Virus record (IMG/VR): IMGVR_UViG_3300030099_005838
Source of the DNA: a virus
Strand: one strand, 5' to 3'
DNA: 64,000 nucleotides
The position numbers and the translations under genes were made by a program. Of the stretch, positions 10,096-19,889 are shown one piece after another. Each line of letters opens with the position of its first letter. Positions within the stretch are counted from its first letter, which is position 1. The notes under the pieces were generated by a model. It had not been told where the DNA came from and did no database searches. It saw nothing but the letters and a program-made list of their open reading frames with translations.

Positions 10096-10794
10096 ATGCC
10101 AGCTAAATCCAAACAACAACAGAAGTTTATGGGGTTAGTTAGGGCAGTTCAGAAAGGTGAGGTGCCTAAAAGTAAGGTATCCAATGCAATCAAAAAGGTA
10201 GCTAAAAGTATGAAGAAGAAAGAAGTTGAAAAGTATGCTTCTACTAAACATAAGAATTTACCTCAAAAGGTAAGTGAAGCACCTGATGATTTTATCGATA
10301 AGAATTTATCACCTGAAGAATTGTTGATAAGAAAGAAGAAGTATATGCATGAACGTAAACTAAATGAACTCACTCCACAACAGGCTATAAGTATACAAGT
10401 CACTACTGCTATTGATAGATGTGATAAAATTATTAAAGACCTTATCAAAAACGAAGTTGCTAGGAGAGATAAAAAGAAGGCTTTAGAACTTATGAAACTT
10501 TACAAAAAATATTGGGTGGAGTTTTCATCAAGAGCCAAATCTGCTAATCCACTTAAAGAAAATATAAATGAGGTAAAAGATCCAGATGTAATAGCAAAAA
10601 TTAGAGATGTTGTGAAGAATAAACAAAATAAAGTGATAAAGGATCCGGTTACAAAAAGAAATATGAGAATGGATGGGTTTTCAGCATCTGCAATAATACA
10701 GGTGTATGATGCAATCAACACATCAAACAAAAAGAAATTTGCAAAATTACCATTACTAAAAATGCAAAGTATTGCGTTTAAATTTGTGAAATAG
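10096..10794 (+). CDS. Hypothetical protein with a DUF3008-like N-terminus
   Basis: MPAKSKQQQKFMG N-terminus resembles small MPAKS..QQ domains; remainder unknown. Confidence 0.5.
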   Translation: MPAKSKQQQKFMGLVRAVQKGEVPKSKVSNAIKKVAKSMKKKEVEKYASTKHKNLPQKVSEAPDDFIDKNLSPEELLIRKKKYMHERKLNELTPQQAISIQVTTAIDRCDKIIKDLIKNEVARRDKKKALELMKLYKKYWVEFSSRAKSANPLKENINEVKDPDVIAKIRDVVKNKQNKVIKDPVTKRNMRMDGFSASAIIQVYDAINTSNKKKFAKLPLLKMQSIAFKFVK

Positions 10795-10820
10795 ATATAT
10801 TTATATCTAAGGAGAATATT

Positions 10821-11441
10821 ATGATTAAACTAAAAGATTTATTGAAAGAAACTATTACACAAGGTGGTGTGGTATCACGTAATCCTTGGATAAAAGAGCA
10901 GGATGATACTCCGAAGATTAATGTCAAAGAGTTGGTATCTCAGATTAACAATTTTAATAAACTTGGTGAGGCAATTACTGGTAAGGATAGTTTGAAAGGT
11001 ATAGCAGAAACCTTATCTTCTATTGCAGAAGGTGCAGCACAACACACTCTATCTGAGACAGATGATATGTTCGATAAAGTTACAGTTAGTCGTAATATGA
11101 AAGAACTTACAACACTATCAAAACAGTTTGGTAAAGTTGCTAGTGAAGCAAATTCACTACAAGAAAGAATGACTGGTTTGTATGAGGATATGGGGCACAT
11201 CTTAAATCGCTATTATGAAATCAATGAAACTCATGTGTATGGACATGATGATGAAGATTCAGAAGAAATGGATGAAGCAGATAAAATGATGTTTAGAGAA
11301 GAAGATGATTACAAAGCATTCTTCAAAAAAGCAATGAAAAAATTCAATGTATCTAATATTGAAGATATGGATTCAGATGAGAAAAAAGATTTCTTCAACT
11401 ATGTGGATAGAAACTATAAGGCAAAAAACGAAAAAGACTAA
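10821..11441 (+). CDS. Hypothetical protein, possible internal head protein
   Basis: MIKLKDLLKE N-terminus; AAGGAG and TATTTATA upstream. Confidence 0.55.
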   Translation: MIKLKDLLKETITQGGVVSRNPWIKEQDDTPKINVKELVSQINNFNKLGEAITGKDSLKGIAETLSSIAEGAAQHTLSETDDMFDKVTVSRNMKELTTLSKQFGKVASEANSLQERMTGLYEDMGHILNRYYEINETHVYGHDDEDSEEMDEADKMMFREEDDYKAFFKKAMKKFNVSNIEDMDSDEKKDFFNYVDRNYKAKNEKD

Positions 11442-11450
11442 GAGGTAAAT

Positions 11451-11678
11451 ATGTCAATAAAGGTTGTCGTAAAGAATAATAATTACGAAAAAGCTCTCAG
11501 TATATTCAAACGTAAGGTAAAAGAATCAGGTATTCTATATGAATTGAGAGAAAGAGAACACTATAAAAAACCATCTATGCTTAAAAAAGAGATGAAAAAT
11601 AAAGCAAAAGCCCGTAATCATTGGAAAAAAGTCAAACTTTTAGAAGAAGATTCATACAAAAAGGGTAGAAAATTCTAA
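11451..11678 (+). CDS. rpsU: Ribosomal protein bS21 (phage-encoded)
   Basis: 75 aa, basic; V.V.NNNYEKALSIFKRKVKESGILYELREREHYKKPS matches the S21 pattern (ALxxFKRK...ELRxRExYxKPS). Confidence 0.9.
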   Translation: MSIKVVVKNNNYEKALSIFKRKVKESGILYELREREHYKKPSMLKKEMKNKAKARNHWKKVKLLEEDSYKKGRKF

Positions 11679-11708
11679 TTTCTTATATTTATATATATCA
11701 AAACTAAA

Positions 11709-11790
11709 TACACCGTTCCTACCTATACGGTGTAACCGAATGTAATAATTCTATTATAGTTCCCAATAACTATACTAAATCCTAAATAGG
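11709..11790 (+). promoter_or_regulatory. Multi-hairpin leader upstream of the scaffold/capsid operon
   Basis: TACACCGT(11709-16)/ACGGTGTA(11727-34); TATAGTT(11755-61)/AACTATA(11768-74); CCT-AAAT-AGG(11781-90) overlapping the SD. Confidence 0.45.
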
Positions 11791-11799
11791 AGAATAATA

Positions 11800-12906
11800 A
11801 TGGATGATCTCTTAAAAGAAGCGATTGCCGACGCTAAAGCAGTTCGTGAAACAGCTTTAGAAAATGCAAAGATGGCTTTAGAAGAGGCTTTCACACCTAA
11901 ACTTCAGAATATGTTGTCTAAGAAAATCCAAATGGAAATGGAAGATGAAGATGAAATGAAGGAAGGTGAACACGAAGATGAGATGGAAGAAAGAGCACAT
12001 GATGACGATATGGAAGAAAGATCTATGATGAAAGCAGGTGAAGAGGATGAGATGGAGGAAAGAGCACACGATGATGATATGGAAGAAAGATCTATGATGA
12101 AAGCTGGTGAAGAAGATGAAATGGATGAGTCTAACGTAATCGAAATCGATGGTGTTAAGTATGCACCAGTTGTTTCCGAAGAAGAAGATGAAGAAGAGAT
12201 GGAAGAAAGATCTATGATGAAAGCTGGTGAAGAAGACGAAATGGATGAAGATGCAGATCTTGATCTTGAGGCTGTTATCAAAGAGTTAGAATCAGAAATT
12301 AATGAGGAAGAGGAAGAAGAGATGGATGAAACTGTCGATGAAAACGATGTATCCTCAGGAATCGGAAAATCTGATAATAAAGTTGATAAGAAAGCTGGTG
12401 ATTCTTCAGGTATCGGAAGCGATGGAAAAGCAAAACTCAAAGAAGGTGAAGATAAAGAAGATATGGAAGAAGATATTGATCTTGAAGAAGTATTGAAAGC
12501 ACTTTCTGAGGAAGAAGAGGAAGAAAAAGAAATGGATGAAGTTTCTGAATTGAAATCTTCTTTAGAAGAACATCGTAACGTAATCGAAGACCTTCGTGAA
12601 AAGCTAAATGAAGTTAACTTGCTAAATGCTAAACTTCTATTCACAAACAAACTATTCAGAAAGTATGGTTTGAATAACGAACAGAAGATGAAAGTCGTTG
12701 AGCAATTCGATAGAGCTAGTAACCTTAGAGAAGTCAAGTTAGTTTACTCTACACTTGGTGAGTCTTTTGGTGCTAGAAAGAATGAAATAAATGAATCTAA
12801 AGGAGCTGCTTCCAAACCAGTCGCCTCAACCAAATCTGAAAAGAAAGTAATTTCTGAAGGAAATGATTTGAGAGATAGGTTTAAGAAGTTGGCAAACATC
12901 CTTTAA
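11800..12906 (+). CDS. Prohead core scaffold protein (T4 gp22-like)
   Basis: Very acidic, coiled-coil, directly upstream of the major capsid gene; C-terminal NEVNLLNAKLLFTNKLF...DRFKKLANIL. Confidence 0.8.
   Translation: MDDLLKEAIADAKAVRETALENAKMALEEAFTPKLQNMLSKKIQMEMEDEDEMKEGEHEDEMEERAHDDDMEERSMMKAGEEDEMEERAHDDDMEERSMMKAGEEDEMDESNVIEIDGVKYAPVVSEEEDEEEMEERSMMKAGEEDEMDEDADLDLEAVIKELESEINEEEEEEMDETVDENDVSSGIGKSDNKVDKKAGDSSGIGSDGKAKLKEGEDKEDMEEDIDLEEVLKALSEEEEEEKEMDEVSELKSSLEEHRNVIEDLREKLNEVNLLNAKLLFTNKLFRKYGLNNEQKMKVVEQFDRASNLREVKLVYSTLGESFGARKNEINESKGAASKPVASTKSEKKVISEGNDLRDRFKKLANIL
11980..12250 (+). repeat. In-frame 69-bp tandem repeat in the scaffold gene (two full copies plus a displaced partial copy)
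   Basis: EMEERAHDDDMEERSMMKAGEED at 11980 and 12049; EMEERSMMKAGEEDEMDE again near 12197. Confidence 0.85.
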
Positions 12907-12923
12907 TAATTGGGAGACATAAA

Positions 12924-14591
12924 ATGTCAAATTTCGATAATCTCGATCAATTGATGAATGGGCATAACCCTCATCAAGAGCTCCTATCACAGACTCGTAA
13001 GTTAGTAGATAAGTGGGAGCCAACCGGATTGTTAGACGATATGACTGATTCCACTAAGAAAACAGGTATGGCTGTTCTTTTAGAAAACCAGGCGACTCAG
13101 CTTATTAAAGAAGCTTCAGGTACAGGTACTGGTGGATCTAGAGAAGAATGGTCTGGTGTTGCTTTACCATTGGTTCGTAGAATCTTTGGTGAGATTTCAG
13201 CACAAGAGTTTGTTAGTGTTCAGCCAATGAACCTACCTTCTGGTCTTATATTTTATCTAGATTTCAAATATGGTTCTGCTAACCAAGCAAATCACTCTCA
13301 AAATACAGATGTATTTGGTGTGACTTCAGGTTCAGGCGATCCTAATCAAGGTCTTTACGGAGCTGGTAAATCTGGATATTCAATTAACGATAAAGTAACT
13401 GCAATTCAGTTGTCAGGTTCTGCTGTTGCGAATGCAGTATTCACAGTAACACACCCGACATGGAAAGAGTTAGAATTTGAACCAGATTTGAGTGCTTCTT
13501 TATCCGCTGGTAACTTATCTAAGTTAACAGTTGATTCAGATGCTTTTACCAATCCTGATACCGAAGGTATTAAGGCTTGGGAAGTAAGTGGTTCATTTAT
13601 TGATGCTATTTTCCCTCAGTATACAAGTATCGCTGCAAATGGTGATGTATCTTTTATAGTACAACACGGTGAAACACATTCTGCTGATGATAACATTACT
13701 ATACTGAACTCAACTGCTACAGCATCTGTGCTTTATCATCAACAGCCAACTGCGACCGCACGTGGTGATTTCGAACAAAGTTCATTCACCGTACCTGGTC
13801 CAGCTGCTGCAGATGATTTACAGATTCCTGAAGTAGACATTCAGTTAAGATCAATTCCAATTGTTGCTAAAACTCGTAAGTTGAAAGCAGTATGGACTCC
13901 TGAGTTAGCTCAAGACCTTAATGCTTATCACTCTGTCGATGCAGAAGCTGAGTTGACAGCAATGTTAAGTGAATACATCGCAATGGAAATCGATTTAGAA
14001 ATCCTTGATATGTTACACTTGAATGCAGTTGCTAAAACAGCTTACTGGTCAGCTAAGGTTGGATTTGAGTATGATGGAAGTGGAACAGGTGCACCTGCTT
14101 GGACACAAGTAAGTGGAGCTTCTAATGCTTATACTAAGTCTTCTTGGTATCAGACATTAGGTATTAAGATACAATCTGTTTCTAATGCTATTCATCAGAA
14201 AACACTACGTGGTGGTGCTAATTTTGTTGTTGTTTCACCTGAAACTGCTACAATCTTAGAATCCGTAAGTGGATATCTAGCAAACACTGGTGATGCATCT
14301 GCTAAGACATATGCAATGGGTGTTGAAGCTGTTGGTTCAATCAATAACAGATATACTGTTTATAAGAACCCTTACATGCTAAACAACGATATACTTGTTG
14401 GTTTCAGAGGAAGTAATTTCTTAGAAACTGGTGCTGTATATGCTCCATATGTACCAATGATTATGACTCCATTAGTATACGATCCTCAGAACTTCACACC
14501 TCGTCGTGGAGTAATGACTCGATATGCAAAGAAGATGGTCCGTCCAGAATTCTATGGAAAAGTCATTGTTGCAGACATCGACCAAGTTTAA
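12924..14591 (+). CDS. Major capsid protein (T4 gp23-like)
   Basis: LPLVRRIF, VSVQPMNLPSGLIFYLDF, AKTRKLKAVWTPELAQDLNAYHSVDAEAEL, GAVYAPYVP, GVMTRYA. Confidence 0.96.
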   Translation: MSNFDNLDQLMNGHNPHQELLSQTRKLVDKWEPTGLLDDMTDSTKKTGMAVLLENQATQLIKEASGTGTGGSREEWSGVALPLVRRIFGEISAQEFVSVQPMNLPSGLIFYLDFKYGSANQANHSQNTDVFGVTSGSGDPNQGLYGAGKSGYSINDKVTAIQLSGSAVANAVFTVTHPTWKELEFEPDLSASLSAGNLSKLTVDSDAFTNPDTEGIKAWEVSGSFIDAIFPQYTSIAANGDVSFIVQHGETHSADDNITILNSTATASVLYHQQPTATARGDFEQSSFTVPGPAAADDLQIPEVDIQLRSIPIVAKTRKLKAVWTPELAQDLNAYHSVDAEAELTAMLSEYIAMEIDLEILDMLHLNAVAKTAYWSAKVGFEYDGSGTGAPAWTQVSGASNAYTKSSWYQTLGIKIQSVSNAIHQKTLRGGANFVVVSPETATILESVSGYLANTGDASAKTYAMGVEAVGSINNRYTVYKNPYMLNNDILVGFRGSNFLETGAVYAPYVPMIMTPLVYDPQNFTPRRGVMTRYAKKMVRPEFYGKVIVADIDQV

Positions 14592-14616
14592 TTGAATATC
14601 AATTAATCTTATTCTT

Positions 14617-14648
14617 AAAAAGGGGAAGTGTTTACTTCCCCTTTTTTT
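14617..14648 (+). terminator. Rho-independent terminator after the major capsid gene
   Basis: GGGGAAGT-gttt-ACTTCCCC stem-loop followed by T7 and preceded by A5. Confidence 0.85.
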
Positions 14649-14697
14649 GTTTCTTATATATTTATTATTGAATATGTATATCTTTTAGGAGAAAATA

Positions 14698-15858
14698 ATG
14701 GAAGCGATTTGGCCAGGTAGTAGTTCATTTGCAAGTGGACAAACACCATATGGATTTTACGATAGCGATACTGAATTTTCAGGTTCAGGTAATCACTCTG
14801 TAGATAAGTTTGCAAATTGGGCAGCAAAAAGATTAGGGTTTCCTATAATTGCGATAGAATTACAAGATGTTCAATTCTATGCATGTTACGAAGAGGCAAT
14901 TACAGAATACTCAGCACAAGTAAATCAATTTAATATCAAAGATAATATATTATCTTTACAAGGACAATCCACAGGTTCAAATATCACACATACAAAGGTA
15001 ACACCAACCTTTGGTAGAACTATACAATTATCAGAACAGTATGGTTCAGAGGCAGGTGTTGGTGGAACTATAGATTTTAAAAGTGGTTCAATAAACATAG
15101 TAAGTGGTTCTCAGGTTTATGACCTAAATGCATGGGCTACAGTAAGTGAAAGTGTTGCACAATCAGGTTCCGGCATAGAAATTAGAAAAGTTTTCTATGA
15201 AGGTTCACCGGCAATCACTCGATACTTCGATCCATACGCTGGTACGGGAGATGGTTCATATAATATGTTAGATAATTTTGGATGGGGTAATTACTCACCT
15301 GCAGTACAATTTATGATGATGCCGATGTATGCAGATTTGTTAAAAGTACAGGCGATAGAGTTCAACGACCAAATAAGAAAGTCTGCATATTCATTTGAGT
15401 TGGTAAATAATAAACTAAGAATTTTTCCACCCCCAACTTCTAATTATAAATTACACTTCAAATACTTACTCAAAGATGATAGGAATAATACTGCTCAAGG
15501 AAAAACAACCGGCGTGGTTTCTGATATTTCAAACGCACCTTACGATAATATGGAGTTTAAATTTATAAACGATGTCGGTAAACAATGGATAAAAAAGTAT
15601 GGTTTGGCTTTATGCAAAGAATTATTAGGAACTATAAGAAGTAAATATGCATCTTTACCCATACCAAACTCAGAAGTTAATCTAGATGGTGATACTTTAA
15701 GAACAGAGGCATCTACAGAGAAGGAATTGTTAATGACTCAGTTAAGAGAAATTTTAGAACAGACAAGTAGAAAAGCATTGTTAGAAGCTGATAAGGAAGA
15801 AGCACAACATCTACAAGAAAAACTACAGAAAGTTCCGTACCCAATTTACATAGGATAA
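14698..15858 (+). CDS. Neck/head-tail adaptor protein (gp13-like)
   Basis: First gene after the capsid terminator, upstream of gp14/gp15-like genes; IAIELQDVQF..CYEEAITEYS; C-terminal LPIPNSEVNLDG..LRTEA. Confidence 0.65.
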   Translation: MEAIWPGSSSFASGQTPYGFYDSDTEFSGSGNHSVDKFANWAAKRLGFPIIAIELQDVQFYACYEEAITEYSAQVNQFNIKDNILSLQGQSTGSNITHTKVTPTFGRTIQLSEQYGSEAGVGGTIDFKSGSINIVSGSQVYDLNAWATVSESVAQSGSGIEIRKVFYEGSPAITRYFDPYAGTGDGSYNMLDNFGWGNYSPAVQFMMMPMYADLLKVQAIEFNDQIRKSAYSFELVNNKLRIFPPPTSNYKLHFKYLLKDDRNNTAQGKTTGVVSDISNAPYDNMEFKFINDVGKQWIKKYGLALCKELLGTIRSKYASLPIPNSEVNLDGDTLRTEASTEKELLMTQLREILEQTSRKALLEADKEEAQHLQEKLQKVPYPIYIG

Positions 15859-15862
15859 TAAA

Positions 15863-16351
15863 ATGGCAGGAAGATTTTTACCTCAAAAGGACGTCGACCT
15901 TATAACAAGAATAACAAAAGAGCTTGTTGGTGATAAGAAAAATAGTAAAGATGGTATTATTAATCAGGAAGTAGTCATCTATAAACCATCACTGCAGGAA
16001 TCTGCAACTAACATGTATGGTGAAGCTGCTGGTGGTAACAAAGTTTACAAAAATGGTGTTCAGATGAATTGTCTAATAAATGCATCAGATTTCGATTATA
16101 ATCAGGATGACTTTAGTGTTGATAATAGACAGACAGTAGAATTCTCATTTTTGAGACAATCTTTTATAGATGCTAGTATGGTATTAGAAATAGGTGATTT
16201 AATAGATTGGAACTACGGATATTTTGAGATTGGTTCAATAAATGAGAACCAGTTGATTGGTGGTATGTTTGAACAAAATTATTCGGTTGTAGCAACATCC
16301 TTTTTAGTGAGAAAAAGTTCTGTACAAATAGAAAGAGTTAGGAGTATTTAA
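15863..16351 (+). CDS. Neck/head-closure protein (gp14-like)
   Basis: Position and size; NMYGE, LEIGDLIDWN..YFEI pattern. Confidence 0.55.
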   Translation: MAGRFLPQKDVDLITRITKELVGDKKNSKDGIINQEVVIYKPSLQESATNMYGEAAGGNKVYKNGVQMNCLINASDFDYNQDDFSVDNRQTVEFSFLRQSFIDASMVLEIGDLIDWNYGYFEIGSINENQLIGGMFEQNYSVVATSFLVRKSSVQIERVRSI

Positions 16352-17892
16352 TGGCTCGTGAAAAACCAATACCACGTTCAAGAAGAAAAGATTTTAATCG
16401 TGGTTTTAAAAGATCTAGAAACGATGATGAAGTAAAAAACTTTTCAATTGGTCTAACCGATATAGATGCAACAATTATGTTTTATTTCAATAATGTCATT
16501 AAACCACAAGTTGCAGAAAATGGTGAAATCATTAAAGTTCCGATTATGTATGCAAACCCTGAAAGATGGTCGATGGTTCAGAAAAAAGGTTTCCTATACG
16601 ATAATAAAAAACAATTAATAATTCCTCTTATTGCATTCAAAAGAACTTCAATAGAAAAAGATAATGATTTGACTGTCGATAAGTTAAACCCACAGGACCC
16701 ACAGCTACAATATACCTTTCAAAAACAATACTCGGATAAAAATAGATATGATAAATTTTCTGTTCAACAGGGACTAAACCCTACCAGAGAATTATACGCA
16801 GTACCTGTTCCTGATTATGTAAAACTTTCATATGATTTTGTCATATGGACTTCATATACGGAACAAATGAATTCCATTGTTGAAAAATTAATTTATTCAG
16901 AAGGTGCTTATTGGGGGGAAGATGGTAAGTTTAAGTTTAGAACACAGATAGACAATTATACAGATGCTAGTGAAATAAATATAAATCAAGAAAGAATTAT
17001 AAAAACCACATTTAGTGTTACAATGAACGGTTATCTCATACCGGAGGAGTTCAGCAAGGTGGTTACAACCCAAAAGAAACTAACACCTAAAAGAATACTA
17101 ATAGGTGATGATGTATCTATTGATTTGGGAGCAATAACTAAGACAGGACAAGATGTAAATATAACAGTACAAAAAGCAGCTGGTGCAGGTGGTGGTGGTT
17201 TAGAGAATCCTATCAATTTTGTGGCAGGAACAGGAGTAACAATAGGTGGTGGTTCAACATTTGATGGAACATCCGAAGGTAATTTCAGTTTTAGTATAGG
17301 CCAGGCAGTCGATACAACAAGCACGGTGCAGTTTGCAAATGTATCTGCTTCTAGTACAATTCACGTCGGTCCAACGTCATTTGAAATATCACAAAGGGAT
17401 GATGGTAAAGCTCAAGTAAATACTGATTGGGTAGTATTAGGTAACATTATTGCTGAAAACTATATAGTCTCGTCATCTGTTACTCATATGACAACTTCTT
17501 TTGCAAGTGGTTCGAATATATTTGGTGATAGTTTAGATGATACACATAGGTTTACGGGTTCAATGAATGTGACAGGTTCTCTTACTGTAAATGGTGTCGC
17601 TACAACAACAACTAATGATTATCTTCGAAAAAACTTTGTTAAAAAAGCAACTTCGATAACTGTACCTTCTACTGCAAGTTTTACTGCAATTACCGCATCT
17701 GCACCTAGTGGTGTTACAGCCACAAATGAACAAGACTTTTTGTTTTTTATAAATGGTCAGTATATGGAACATGATGCATTGACAATCAAACAAACAGGTT
17801 CAACATTTCTACTACTCGTTGATAATAGTAGTATTGGTTATGATTTAGAAACCGATGACGAAATAATTGCTCAAGGTAAATTTAATTCCTAA
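16351..17892 (+). CDS. Tail-completion/sheath-terminator protein (gp15-like N-terminal half) fused to a fibre-like C-terminal extension
   Basis: IKVPIMYANPERW, PVPDYVKLSYDFVIWTSYTEQMNSIVE; C-terminal half carries the SSSVTH...FGDSLDDTHRFTGS module shared with the fibre genes. Confidence 0.65.
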   Translation: MAREKPIPRSRRKDFNRGFKRSRNDDEVKNFSIGLTDIDATIMFYFNNVIKPQVAENGEIIKVPIMYANPERWSMVQKKGFLYDNKKQLIIPLIAFKRTSIEKDNDLTVDKLNPQDPQLQYTFQKQYSDKNRYDKFSVQQGLNPTRELYAVPVPDYVKLSYDFVIWTSYTEQMNSIVEKLIYSEGAYWGEDGKFKFRTQIDNYTDASEININQERIIKTTFSVTMNGYLIPEEFSKVVTTQKKLTPKRILIGDDVSIDLGAITKTGQDVNITVQKAAGAGGGGLENPINFVAGTGVTIGGGSTFDGTSEGNFSFSIGQAVDTTSTVQFANVSASSTIHVGPTSFEISQRDDGKAQVNTDWVVLGNIIAENYIVSSSVTHMTTSFASGSNIFGDSLDDTHRFTGSMNVTGSLTVNGVATTTTNDYLRKNFVKKATSITVPSTASFTAITASAPSGVTATNEQDFLFFINGQYMEHDALTIKQTGSTFLLLVDNSSIGYDLETDDEIIAQGKFNS

Positions 17893-17931
17893 ATTCCACT
17901 TTTCTTTTACCATTTCTTTATATTTATTTAT

Positions 17932-18210
17932 ATGAGGAAAAGACATTGGAAGAATCGAAAAAATAGACCTTGTCCGGATTGTGGAAAAGTATTAACGTAC
18001 TCTAGAAAAGATTCTTTTGATAGAGCAGTTGGTAATAATTCAGTTTGTAAATCTTGTGCCCAATCAGATAGAAAGCTTACTATGGATACGATTCACAAAA
18101 TGAAACAACCTAAAACTACGCAACATAAGAAAAGAATATCTAAATCTATTTCAAGTTGGTGGGTAGATAGGAAAGAAAAAGAGATGACATATGGCACTAA
18201 TACACAGTAG
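17932..18210 (+). CDS. Small zinc-ribbon protein with a NUMOD3-like basic helix
   Basis: CPDCG...CKSC; KMKQPKTTQHKKRISKS; TATTTAT motif immediately upstream. Confidence 0.5.
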   Translation: MRKRHWKNRKNRPCPDCGKVLTYSRKDSFDRAVGNNSVCKSCAQSDRKLTMDTIHKMKQPKTTQHKKRISKSISSWWVDRKEKEMTYGTNTQ

Positions 18211-19438
18211 GCAATTAAATCCGAAATTAACTGGTTCATTTACCGTAAGTGGTTCACTTTCTGTAAACCAAAGAGAACTTGACTTAGTAACTGTAAGTCG
18301 TGACCAAGTGCTAAAATTTAATGGTAGTAAGTTTGTGGCTGCAGATGAAGGTACAACATTCGTATTTACTATAGCCGATTTTGACACCAACGATGGAACA
18401 AGTCCACAATTAATAGGAACGGGATCGTGGAAAGCAGTAGGTGCTTTGACATTTACCGCGACATATAATAATGGCCCACCTGATGGACATAGCGGTGGAG
18501 CTGAAGGTGCTCCTAAAATAACATCAATTATTGATGGTTCAACAAGTGGTTCTGATATGTTTCCTTTGAGTTCAAGTTTTTCATCAGGTACCAATAGTAG
18601 AGCAATTATGTTTCCACCGAATAGTAGTGATGATATTAGATTCAGATTGTTTGCATCGGCCGGTAGTGATACATCTAATAGTTTTTCCGACCAACGAATA
18701 TTCTTTTTTAATCAGTTTGTTTTTGGAGATTTGAGTAAAAATAGCGGATTTAATCAGGCTGATATTAGAACACTAGCTTCAGCAAATAGTGTAACATCAA
18801 ATGATACAACGAGAACAATAAGTGTATCCATCGGTAGTTCGAATTTCTTAAATTTTGCACATAGAACCGGTGACACTAATGTTACACAGGTATACTGTGG
18901 CTCAGACCCAAATAGATTAACAGTAGCAATGGATAGAACCGATGCTACAACCAAAACACCTTTAAGAGAAACAGTAAGTTATCTGAATACTGCAGGTAAA
19001 ACTGAAAACTTTTTTGTATATGCAAGTAAGTTACAAAACATCGATGCACATTCTACTACATTTGTAACCAGTACTTCATCACAAATTAAAAATTATATCT
19101 ATTGGGGAACCGGTTCTTCTTGGACTAATAACGAAACCAATGTTGAGGGATTGACGAACAAAAGCACAACATTAGACGATGGTTCTGTGACAGGTAACAC
19201 ACTATCAGTTGGTTCATTTACAAACCAATTCGTAATAGTTGCAATACCAGCGAGATATGGAGATAATGATACAGACTATCAACTGAAGGATAATAGCACA
19301 AATCTTCCTTTTAGTTTTAACCAACAGTCTGATGTCACAGTCACTAATGCTGTTGGATTTCAGGAAGATTATAGTGTGTATAGGTCGACTAATCAATTAA
19401 CAATGACTAATGCAACTGTATTGATAGATACAGTATAA
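18191..19438 (+). CDS. Putative virion structural protein (S/T/G-rich, beta-rich)
   Basis: 415 aa; starts MALIHSRQLNPKLTGSFTVSGS; lies in the structural cluster. Confidence 0.5.
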   Translation: MALIHSRQLNPKLTGSFTVSGSLSVNQRELDLVTVSRDQVLKFNGSKFVAADEGTTFVFTIADFDTNDGTSPQLIGTGSWKAVGALTFTATYNNGPPDGHSGGAEGAPKITSIIDGSTSGSDMFPLSSSFSSGTNSRAIMFPPNSSDDIRFRLFASAGSDTSNSFSDQRIFFFNQFVFGDLSKNSGFNQADIRTLASANSVTSNDTTRTISVSIGSSNFLNFAHRTGDTNVTQVYCGSDPNRLTVAMDRTDATTKTPLRETVSYLNTAGKTENFFVYASKLQNIDAHSTTFVTSTSSQIKNYIYWGTGSSWTNNETNVEGLTNKSTTLDDGSVTGNTLSVGSFTNQFVIVAIPARYGDNDTDYQLKDNSTNLPFSFNQQSDVTVTNAVGFQEDYSVYRSTNQLTMTNATVLIDTV

Positions 19439-19448
19439 GGAAAGTAAA

Positions 19449-19838
19449 ATGAGTGTAAAAGTAACAGGACAATTTGTACCAGCTGGTGATTTTTCAATAG
19501 TAGATGGAAAAGACATATCGGGTAATATAACCGGTAGTGCAGTCAGTGCTAGTGGAACTGCTTCGTTTGGTGCTTTAAATTTAGACACATTGTTTAGATA
19601 TGGTAGTAGTATCTGGCAGGAATCAAGTGGTACAAATACATTTACTGGTTCGAAGTTTACATTTAAATCAAGCGACTCTACTGATTTATTAAGGGTACAC
19701 AATAGTAATGATGAATTAGTTTTCAGAGTAGGTGATGGATTTGTTGTATTGAATGCTCAATCATCACCACCTACAGCGGTTTCAGGAGGAATTTATTACG
19801 ATACAGATGATGAATGGTATCTTGGATTCGATTCATAA
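19449..19838 (+). CDS. Putative virion structural protein
   Basis: 129 aa; carries a variant SASGTASFG of the fibre spacer motif. Confidence 0.5.
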   Translation: MSVKVTGQFVPAGDFSIVDGKDISGNITGSAVSASGTASFGALNLDTLFRYGSSIWQESSGTNTFTGSKFTFKSSDSTDLLRVHNSNDELVFRVGDGFVVLNAQSSPPTAVSGGIYYDTDDEWYLGFDS

Positions 19839-19889
19839 TTTAAAAAACTGATATTTATAATTAGATGATATCATTTAGGGAGAAGTAAA

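Noticed and set aside
11904-12737. 277-aa minus-strand ORF
   Set aside because: S/I/F-rich antisense shadow of the GAA/GAT-rich scaffold gene
3691-14591. Introns or inteins in terminase, portal or capsid genes
   Set aside because: ORFs are continuous with normal family lengths; no intein splice motifs or embedded endonuclease seen
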